DNA from: Pseudomonadota bacterium
GTDB lineage: Bacteria; Pseudomonadota; Gammaproteobacteria; Pseudomonadales; JADFDG01
Length of the DNA: 64,000 nt
Reading direction: 5' to 3'
NCBI GenBank assembly: GCA_049324475.1
Contig: JBMOOO010000012.1
Location: forward strand, 4,468-68,467
Every line of letters begins with the position of its first letter. The first letter of the stretch is position 1. Shown piece by piece: positions 29,003-36,434 of this stretch. Under the pieces are notes generated by a model. That model was given only the letters and a program-made list of their open reading frames with translations, was not told where the DNA came from and did no database searches. A program made the position numbers and the translations under genes.

Positions 29003-29184
29003 TACTGGGGATTTTGCGGGCCCTAAAGACCGGGCTTTATGGCGGGGCCGAGATATCGGCCGGGTTGTCCTTTAAGCGCGTCATGCAGTACCTAGGTCAG
29101 CGGGATCGCCGAGTTGGGTGAGCTGAAATCCCCGAGGGCAAATCACTATTGCCCGGACTTGGCGACCCCCATACACTGCCCGGC

Positions 29185-29247
29185 AAATGGACTGGGAGAA
29201 CCTAGTCGGCGTCTGGCCTCGGTGAGATCACCGGGGCCTTTCGCTTT
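29185..29247 (-). ncRNA. Structured RNA overlapping the DUF3800 stop codon (DUF3800-associated RNA motif-like)
   Basis: Minus strand GCG-AAA-GGCC(C)CGGTG-ATCT-CACCG(A)GGCC-AGA-CGC, then GACT(A)GG-TTCT-CC(C)AGTC: two adjacent stems with no long U-tract. The location fits the published DUF3800 RNA motif class. Confidence 0.65.
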
Positions 29248-30094
29248 CTGGGGGCGGGAAAATCTTCAGCCCCCAGCCTTCGTACCCCTCCCCGACATTT
29301 TCCCGCCCGCCACTGCAGAAGAACTTCTTCTTCAGGATTTCGAATGGCCGGTTCCCCTGGTTGGGGCGCAGAACGCTCAAGCCGATAGGCCGGGCAACCA
29401 GATCCGCAAGCTGCAGCCCCGCTGAGTTTGCCTTCTTGTCGGCAAGAATGATGTCGAACGGCAGTTGCCGGTTCAGCCTGTTCGCGCCGTCGCAGATACG
29501 GCGAAATTCCAGTTCCAGTTCGGCATCCTCCTTCTTGCCGCGACACTCGACGACAACATGTGTCTGCTTGTCGTCCTGCCCCTTTTCCTGCAGAAACTCG
29601 TAGAGAGTTTCAAGGCAGAAGCCGAGCGCAATGTGGTACGGGTTTGGTGGCGTGGCGCCGCTAGGAAGACGCAACAGGTCCTTGCGGATGACGCAACTGA
29701 TCAGGATGAAGTTGCTCTGCTCAATGATCCCCGTGAGCGAATCCATGAAGTCGATCCGATCCTGCCTGCTTGGAAACAGGAACTTCCCTTTCTCCTTACG
29801 GATCTCATTCTCGTGAAGAATCACAAGGTCATGGCCGAAGTTGTTGAATTTGAACTTCTCCAGAGCCGGGACAACGTGTTCAGCGTAATGGCGCTTGTAA
29901 AACACGCAAAACGCCAGCACAAAAAGCGGGTATTCGGGGTATACGTTTTGCAGGCTGTGGTCGCCACTTTCATCGACGTAGACGATGAAGTTGCTAAATT
30001 TTCCGGAAGGGGCGCTGGCTGCCGACTTGGAGGCCTCTGTTGGCGCCTCATTCTCAAACAGCGAGAACTGTGAATCGTCGACTTTATTGGTCAT
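29228..30094 (-). CDS. DUF3800 domain protein (RNase H-like fold, putative nuclease)
   Basis: VYVDESGD, HENEIR, VVECRGKKED and LQLADLVA; AAGGAG RBS. Confidence 0.85.
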   Translation of the reverse strand: MTNKVDDSQFSLFENEAPTEASKSAASAPSGKFSNFIVYVDESGDHSLQNVYPEYPLFVLAFCVFYKRHYAEHVVPALEKFKFNNFGHDLVILHENEIRKEKGKFLFPSRQDRIDFMDSLTGIIEQSNFILISCVIRKDLLRLPSGATPPNPYHIALGFCLETLYEFLQEKGQDDKQTHVVVECRGKKEDAELELEFRRICDGANRLNRQLPFDIILADKKANSAGLQLADLVARPIGLSVLRPNQGNRPFEILKKKFFCSGGRENVGEGYEGWGLKIFPPPESERPR

Positions 30095-30119
30095 ACGCGC
30101 TCCTTACGCGGGGACGTAT

Positions 30120-30701
30120 TCATGCTCCCGGCCCTGCCAGCTCAGCTTCCATGCGCCTGATTCCTGCAATCAGATTGCGAAAACTTGGTGAGCGGCCGTT
30201 GTCCAGTGCCAGTTGCTCGCCTATCGCACGAGAGCCGGCAACCTTCTCGTAACGCTTGACGGTCAATGTCTTCAGTTCCAGCGCAGGATTCTGCAATGCA
30301 TCTGGTGCCCGAAACTTTCTTGTTTGCTGTAGGCGCGCCAGACCTGTCAAGCCCAGGGCGCCTTCGACGGCCGCCAAGTCCGCCAGATAGAACGTTTCCA
30401 GTTCGCGACAAGCGACGCGGACAAGGCAGTGGTCCGCCTTACCAGAATCGCGGCACAGATCGAGAAGGCGCTGTTTCATTCGTTGGCAATCCGGCTCGAT
30501 ATCCTGATCGCGTAGCACGATGAATCTTGCATGTGGGTTCTGATACACCCTGATCTTGCGTACCAGCTGCCTCTCCAGGTCCTGCTTGCCTTCAAAGGGA
30601 ATGCAGCGAAACCCGGTTCCCGGGCGCAGAATCCGGGGCAGCAAGGACTCCAGCAAGGATTTTGCCGAGCGCTCCTCCAGCAAGAAAACCAATTCCTTCA
30701 T
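30120..30701 (-). CDS. DUF4276-like TOPRIM-type protein
   Basis: N-terminal VFLLEE, FEGKQDL, LRDQD (DxD), ELETFYLAD and SPSF; ATGA-coupled to the ATPase. Confidence 0.75.
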   Translation of the reverse strand: MKELVFLLEERSAKSLLESLLPRILRPGTGFRCIPFEGKQDLERQLVRKIRVYQNPHARFIVLRDQDIEPDCQRMKQRLLDLCRDSGKADHCLVRVACRELETFYLADLAAVEGALGLTGLARLQQTRKFRAPDALQNPALELKTLTVKRYEKVAGSRAIGEQLALDNGRSPSFRNLIAGIRRMEAELAGPGA

Positions 30702-31891
30702 TGCGGGTCTGCCCCTTCAAAGAATCCCTGCTTCCACAGGTACCCCAGTTGATCACCGTCCGCGAGGTAGGCAGAAATCTGCGCGTTATCCTTGGCGCGA
30801 TGAATTTCTGTGCGCCCTTGCTGTTTCACCAGCCAGCACACCTCATCCAGTTCCAGCGCATTGAGAAAGTCCGGTGAATGGGTCGTGACGAAAACTTGCC
30901 CGCCCCGGGTTGCATAGCTGCGAAACTCCTCGGCCAACTCGCTCATGAGCTGTGGATACAGTTGATTCTCTGGCTCTTCCACGCATAGCAGCGGGTGTGG
31001 CTTCGGGTCATGCAGCAGCACAAGGTACGCGAACATCTTGATCGTTCCGTCAGATACGTAGCGGTCTAGGAACGGCGTTTTGAACGACCCATCCTGAAAG
31101 CGCAATGTCAGATAGCCGTCATCCATCAGCTTTGGCTCGACAGAACTAACGCCGGGTACGCGTCGGGCCATGGTCTTCAAAATGTTCGCGAACACCTCTG
31201 GGTACTGTTCGTGCAGATAACGTGCAACCAGCGGGAGGTTCTCGCCGGATTCCGAGAGATGCTCGGTTTCACCGGCGGCATCCTTGCGTCCCCGTGCGGC
31301 GCTGATGTGGAAATCGGATACATGCCAGTTTTCGATCAGTCGCCGAAACGCGTTAGCCGCCTTGAAGCGCTCAAATTGACCGAGTCCTTTGATGGCCAGG
31401 GTGTCCGGAGCAACCTGCTGCGTCTCGCGGGCAAGTTCTTCGTCCGTTTTGCTGAATTCCTCTTCGTTGGTGACGGCATAGCCCTCGCCATTCGTGAAGC
31501 TCAGGAAGTGGTATGGGCTGCCGTGGCGCCCGCGCTTGTAGCGCAGCAGCTCCTTCAGGACGATCGGAGCGCCTGCGCGCTCAGCAATTTCCAGTGAATA
31601 GGTCACCAGCCGATCCACGCCGCTGATTTCCATGCGGTACTGCAGTTCGATCTCAATGGAATCTGTTGCCGGGTCACACCCTCGGCTAAGCACTTCGGGA
31701 AACCGGCCGCGCTTGTCCAGCGCCTGCCGGACGTTTCCCTTCAAGCAGTCGTGCAAAAATCCGAATACGTCAAAAAGCGTGGATTTCCCGGAGCCGTTGG
31801 CGCCAACGACAACTAGGAATGGTGGGATATCCCGCAGATGCACATCACGAAAAGCCTTGAAGTTCTTTAGGCGGATTGATTCGATTTTCAT
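30698..31891 (-). CDS. ABC-type (AAA_21-like) ATPase
   Basis: Walker A GANGSGKS, SDGT signature, Walker B LLCVEEPEN and H-loop TTHS. Confidence 0.9.
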   Translation of the reverse strand: MKIESIRLKNFKAFRDVHLRDIPPFLVVVGANGSGKSTLFDVFGFLHDCLKGNVRQALDKRGRFPEVLSRGCDPATDSIEIELQYRMEISGVDRLVTYSLEIAERAGAPIVLKELLRYKRGRHGSPYHFLSFTNGEGYAVTNEEEFSKTDEELARETQQVAPDTLAIKGLGQFERFKAANAFRRLIENWHVSDFHISAARGRKDAAGETEHLSESGENLPLVARYLHEQYPEVFANILKTMARRVPGVSSVEPKLMDDGYLTLRFQDGSFKTPFLDRYVSDGTIKMFAYLVLLHDPKPHPLLCVEEPENQLYPQLMSELAEEFRSYATRGGQVFVTTHSPDFLNALELDEVCWLVKQQGRTEIHRAKDNAQISAYLADGDQLGYLWKQGFFEGADPQ

Positions 31892-33474
31892 GGCCTGTTT
31901 CCGGAAGTATTTTTGCGGCCGCGCGACTTCTTGATGGCGAAAGATGCTGCGCGTTCGGTGCGGATGCGTTCGAGCAGGACAGGGGCGGGCTCGTCGTTCG
32001 GGTCTTGCGGGACGAGCTGGCCAGCGAAGGCGGCGCGGAGGATGGTTTGGCGTTGGGCAGTGGATTGGCTGAAAGCGAATTCTATTGCCGCGACCTGTGA
32101 AGCTGTCGCCTCCAATTGAATCGCAAGCTCCTGCATCATCTCCTCACGTTCGGCCGTTCCGGTCAGCGGAATTGTGACGGCTGCGACTTGCTGCAAGTTC
32201 AGGCCTGGCTTACCCGCGCCGTAGGCTTCTTTGTCCAGCTGGCCGCGCCCTCCTGCGCTCGCCGTAAGAAATAGATGGAGATACTCAGCGAGCGCACATT
32301 CAATGATGCGGATCAAGGCGACGTGCTGGCTCACATAGGCTTCGTCCATCTCCGTTTTAACGTGGGCAGCCTTCCCAACATTCGCGCCAGTAATGGTTAG
32401 CAGCAAATCGTGTCGCTGAACTTTGGTTCGTATGCCCTCGGAACTCATCGGAGGGTTAACAAATGCGATATCCGAAAGGTCTAGCCAATCCTTGTTTATG
32501 TTCTGGGAACGGATAAAAGTTGCTCCAGATGGCGCGTAGTACTCTGCCCAGCCGCGCGATCCACTTGTGATGAATTCGGAAAGTTGGTCCAAGCTCGCCC
32601 ACACCCACCCCTCCGGCAATTCCGGTAGGCCAGTTGTGTCGGGGGCGACGGGTTCGGGGTATTTGCTTTGCCAGTCCTTGGGTGGGGTTTTGCCTTGATC
32701 CTTGAATTTGGCGAGTTGCTTTTGTTCCCAGCGGGCGCGGCGTTCGCGGAGGATGCGGGCGAGGAGTTGGGCGCCGGTTTCGTTGTCGGCAGGCGTTTGG
32801 GCGGGGGCGGATTTCGCGTTGCGGGTAGGGGCGGCAGCGCGGGCGGCGCGCCAGTCGGCGGTGAGGGCGCCTTCGACGGCGGCCTTGAGCAGGGACTGGC
32901 GGTATTGCTGCAATTTCTTCTGCGCGGCCTTCAGTTCCGCGACGCCGGCGTCGAGTTCGGAGAGCAGTTCTTCGAGTTTGGCGACGATGCGGGTTTGCTC
33001 GGCGGCGGGGGCAACGGCTAGCGGGAAACGAGCCAGCGCCGGACCTTCGATGCTCGCAACCGTTGTGCCATCTTTCGAACATGCATCAAGAATCCCTCTT
33101 TCTTTGGCGATGAGCTGCCACGCCACATAGGGGGTAGAGATGTTAGGCCTTGGGACGAAGGCACGCATATCTTGATTCACCGTGACGGGAACCTTTGTCT
33201 GCGCTACTGGCAATGTTCTCGACAAGATGCCTGATCGAACAACAACAAGAATGCTCTCGGGCGGGACAACGCTGAGATGGTTTAAGGCTGCTTCGGTTAC
33301 ATGATCTTCGGCGTCAGTGACGATGGCCCTTTTCATGTCCTTGGGGGAGACCCAAGGGATCTTCCCGTTGGTCCAATATTTCGGATCAGACTTCGACGGC
33401 GTGCCGCCACCGATGGCCGTCGCCAACTCTTCGAGGCATGACATCTGCCAACCCTTCGGGACACCAGCACTCAC
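31888..33474 (-). CDS. hsdS: Type I RM specificity subunit
   Basis: Two TRDs, EQTRIVAKLEEL, LLKAAVEG.LT, LPEGWVW and AFAGQLVPQDPNDEPA; GTG start overlaps the hsdR stop. Confidence 0.93.
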   Translation of the reverse strand: MSAGVPKGWQMSCLEELATAIGGGTPSKSDPKYWTNGKIPWVSPKDMKRAIVTDAEDHVTEAALNHLSVVPPESILVVVRSGILSRTLPVAQTKVPVTVNQDMRAFVPRPNISTPYVAWQLIAKERGILDACSKDGTTVASIEGPALARFPLAVAPAAEQTRIVAKLEELLSELDAGVAELKAAQKKLQQYRQSLLKAAVEGALTADWRAARAAAPTRNAKSAPAQTPADNETGAQLLARILRERRARWEQKQLAKFKDQGKTPPKDWQSKYPEPVAPDTTGLPELPEGWVWASLDQLSEFITSGSRGWAEYYAPSGATFIRSQNINKDWLDLSDIAFVNPPMSSEGIRTKVQRHDLLLTITGANVGKAAHVKTEMDEAYVSQHVALIRIIECALAEYLHLFLTASAGGRGQLDKEAYGAGKPGLNLQQVAAVTIPLTGTAEREEMMQELAIQLEATASQVAAIEFAFSQSTAQRQTILRAAFAGQLVPQDPNDEPAPVLLERIRTERAASFAIKKSRGRKNTSGNRP

Positions 33475-36275
33475 GCCACCAACTCCCCATTCATCTCATC
33501 CATCAACCCGTCCAGCTCCTTCCCGAACACGCCCCACGCTTTCTGCAATCCGCCTTTGTCTGCCAGCTCCGCGTAATCGAAATCCTCGCGACTGATCGAG
33601 CAACTGCTGGCGATATGGTCCTTCATCAGTCGCAGCCACTCGGTCTGCTCGGCCGTGAACGATGTCCCCCGCTGCGCGTTGTGGCGGAAGATCCACTGCT
33701 GGAAGCGGCGGTCGACCTCATCGGCAAAGGGCCGCAGTTCCGCGTTCTCGCCATCCGCGCCCAGCGCAAACCTCACCAGCGACACCAGGTCGGTGAGCTG
33801 GCGTCGACGGTCCGCGCCCTTAACCTTGCTGGCCTGCACCCGCGCATAGGCGCTCCACAGTTTTTCCGTGGTGAGCATCAGCGGCGGCCGGGACAGGCGT
33901 TCGTGCAGGTCCTCGATCATGTCGAAGGTGAGCGCGCGGCGCTGGTAGGGCTGGGCATAGAAGAAACCCAGCGCGGCGATTTCGTCCTTGTGCGCTTTCA
34001 GGTAATCGGCAAAGGCCTGGACTGTCTTCTGCGCCTGCGCCTCGGCCTGCACGCTGAAGCCGGCGTGCGTCACCTGGTCGATATTCACGCTGTCGATCAA
34101 CTGCTCCCGGTCACGGCGCGCGGCTTCGATCTCCTCACGCAGCTCGGGCTTGTCGAACGGCAGGCAGGCGGCGGCCACGCGCGCGGCGCGGGCTGCCTCG
34201 ATTTCTTCCGGCAGCAGGGAGTCCTCGCTGCGGGTGATGCCCTTGGCCGCAGCCGTGGCGAGGGCATCCTGCACGATGGCGTCCGGGTCCAGCGCGTGGA
34301 TCAGCGCCTTGCCAAGTGCGCCCACCGGAATGCCACCGCTGATTTTCTCGATGCGCGCTTTCGCCTTGTCATCGAGTTGCTTGTTCAGGCGCACCAGGCG
34401 GTTGGCCAGCGACAGCACGGTGTCGTCGTCGCGGCTGCCCATGGCCACCCCCTGCAGCAGGTCCTTGAGCGGCACAGTGGGCTTCTTTTCCAGCGGCCGG
34501 CTCTCGGTCTTGCAGGATTTCTCCACGCCCACGGCGTCGATCAGCACAAAGCGGCTCTTGGCACCCTCGGCACTGCCGCTGACGCGTTTGAGGCTGTCGC
34601 CGTCCAGCGAGCGCACGCCGCGGCCTTTCATTTGCTCGTAGTAGCCCTTGCTGCGCACGTCGCGCATGAACAGCAACACTTCCAGCGGCTTCACGTCGGT
34701 GCCGGTGGCGATCATGTCCACGGTGACGGCGATGCGCGGGTAGAAGTCGTTGCGGAAGCTGGCGAGCACGCTGTCCGGGTCTTCCTCGGCGCGGTAGGTG
34801 ACCTTCTTGCAGAAGGCGTTACCCTGCCCATACTCCTCGCGGACGATCTGGATGATGTCGTCGGCGTGGCTGTCGGTCTTGGCGAAGATCAGTGTCTTCG
34901 GCGTTTCCTGGCGGGCCGGGAAGATTTCGGTTTCCACCGCTTTCTTCATGGCCTTGATCACCTGCCGGATTTGGCTGGGGTTCACTACCGAACGATCCAG
35001 CTCCCTGCCGGTGTAGGCAACGTCCTCCTCGGTTTCCGCCCAGCGCTTCTTGCGGGTCTGCCGGTCGCGGTGGTCCACCCATTCCTTCGCCTTGACCTCG
35101 GCGCCGCGTTGCGTGATCTCGGTTTCGATCTCGTAGACGTCGTAGCCTACGTTCACGCCGTCAGCCACTGAGTCCTCGTAGCTGTATTCGGCCACGATGT
35201 TCTCGTTGAAGAAACCGAAGGTGCGCTTGTCCGGCGTGGCAGTAAGGCCAATGAGGAAGGCGTCGAAATAATCCAGCACCTGCTTCCACAGGTTGTAGAT
35301 GCTGCGGTGGCACTCGTCGATGACGATGAAATCAAATTCCTCGATCGGGATGTCCGCGTTGTAGCGCACCAGCTTCTGCTGGCTGGTGCTTTGCTGGACT
35401 TCATTGAGCGAGGTGTCTTCGGCGGATTCGTCGATGGGGTCGCCGGAGAGGATCGAGTACATGCGCTGGATGGTGCTGATGCAGACCTGCGCGTGCGGGT
35501 CGATGTGACTGGAAGCCAGCCGCTGCACGTTGTACAGCTCCGTGAACTTGCGGGCGTCATCCGGCGGCGTGTAGGCCATGAATTCCTGGTGCGCCTGCTT
35601 GCCGAGGTTGCGGGTATCGACCAGGAACAGGATGCGTTTGGCGCCACCGAACTTGAGCAGGCGATATACCGCGGTGATGGCGGTGAAGGTTTTGCCAGCG
35701 CCGGTCGCCATGTGAATCAAGGCGCGCGGCTTGTTCTGCGCGAGGGATTTTTCCAGGCCGGTGACGGCGGAGGTCTGGCAGTCGCGCAGGTTTTTGGTGG
35801 GCAGCGCCGGCATCTGTTCGGCGAGGCGGCGCCGCAGCGAAGTTGGTTGCGCGAGCCACTCAGCCAGCTGTTCCGGGCGGAAGAAATGAAAGGTCTCGCG
35901 TGAGCGTGGAGCGGGATCGGCGTTGTCCGTGAAGCGGATGAGCTGGCCGGTGGCCTGGAACAGGAAACGCAGCGGGGTCTCGTTCTTGCGCCATTTCAGT
36001 TTGGCGTTGGCATAGCCCTCGGTTTGGGTCTCGACGTCCGTGATGCGTTCGCCGGCGGTGTCGCGCTTGGCTTCGATGACGCCGCAGGGGATGCGGTTAA
36101 CGAGCAGCACGTAGTCGGCCGGGCCGGTGTCGGTGGGGTACTCGCGCACGGCCACACCCAACCCGGCACCCGGGTTGAGTTCCTTCATGTCCTGAACGAT
36201 CCAGCCGGCCTGTGCCAGCCGGGCGTCGATCCGGTCGCGAGCCTGCTCCTCGGGGGTCTGGTTGCCCGGGACCAT
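33471..36275 (-). CDS. hsdR: Type I RM restriction subunit
   Basis: ADY...IEAK nuclease motif, ATGAGKT, DECH, LTATP and QMKGRG.R. Confidence 0.93.
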   Translation of the reverse strand: MVPGNQTPEEQARDRIDARLAQAGWIVQDMKELNPGAGLGVAVREYPTDTGPADYVLLVNRIPCGVIEAKRDTAGERITDVETQTEGYANAKLKWRKNETPLRFLFQATGQLIRFTDNADPAPRSRETFHFFRPEQLAEWLAQPTSLRRRLAEQMPALPTKNLRDCQTSAVTGLEKSLAQNKPRALIHMATGAGKTFTAITAVYRLLKFGGAKRILFLVDTRNLGKQAHQEFMAYTPPDDARKFTELYNVQRLASSHIDPHAQVCISTIQRMYSILSGDPIDESAEDTSLNEVQQSTSQQKLVRYNADIPIEEFDFIVIDECHRSIYNLWKQVLDYFDAFLIGLTATPDKRTFGFFNENIVAEYSYEDSVADGVNVGYDVYEIETEITQRGAEVKAKEWVDHRDRQTRKKRWAETEEDVAYTGRELDRSVVNPSQIRQVIKAMKKAVETEIFPARQETPKTLIFAKTDSHADDIIQIVREEYGQGNAFCKKVTYRAEEDPDSVLASFRNDFYPRIAVTVDMIATGTDVKPLEVLLFMRDVRSKGYYEQMKGRGVRSLDGDSLKRVSGSAEGAKSRFVLIDAVGVEKSCKTESRPLEKKPTVPLKDLLQGVAMGSRDDDTVLSLANRLVRLNKQLDDKAKARIEKISGGIPVGALGKALIHALDPDAIVQDALATAAAKGITRSEDSLLPEEIEAARAARVAAACLPFDKPELREEIEAARRDREQLIDSVNIDQVTHAGFSVQAEAQAQKTVQAFADYLKAHKDEIAALGFFYAQPYQRRALTFDMIEDLHERLSRPPLMLTTEKLWSAYARVQASKVKGADRRRQLTDLVSLVRFALGADGENAELRPFADEVDRRFQQWIFRHNAQRGTSFTAEQTEWLRLMKDHIASSCSISREDFDYAELADKGGLQKAWGVFGKELDGLMDEMNGELVA

Positions 36276-36371
36276 CCTGATCTCCTGCGGGGTGCGGGGC
36301 GGGGTTGGCGTTCAGGCCGAACCTTGAGGGTGTCGCCGCAATTTACCGGAAGTTACCGGGCGCCCCAAACG

Positions 36372-36395
36372 AAACAGGCCCCTTTCAGGGCCTGT
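36372..36395 (-). terminator. Terminator after the acyl-CoA dehydrogenase gene
   Basis: ACAGGCCC-CTTTCA-GGGCCTGT stem with short A runs on the left. Confidence 0.6.
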
Positions 36396-36434
36396 CGGGC
36401 ATCAGCATGGCCGGGCGCAGGTCCCGGTCATACG

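Larger units (their letters stand above)
27260..36275 (-). mobile_element. Defence island (type I RM with nested cargo) between thiolase and acyl-CoA dehydrogenase genes
   Basis: Co-oriented hsdR-hsdS-ATPase-DUF4276-DUF3800-hsdM; the central part is visibly more AT-rich; no integrase or att site seen. Confidence 0.6.

Noticed and set aside
29215-29238. Reading the hairpin at the DUF3800 stop as an ordinary terminator
   Set aside because: No U-tract follows it on the coding strand, and it is embedded in a larger two-stem structure.
29465-30073. 202-aa + strand ORF opposite DUF3800 as a possible antitoxin
   Set aside because: It is fully antisense, has no clear RBS or recognisable motif, and is consistent with a shadow frame.
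27222-36434. att sites, target duplication or integrase for the defence island
   Set aside because: No convincing direct repeat at the two borders, and no tRNA, recombinase or transposase found by eye.
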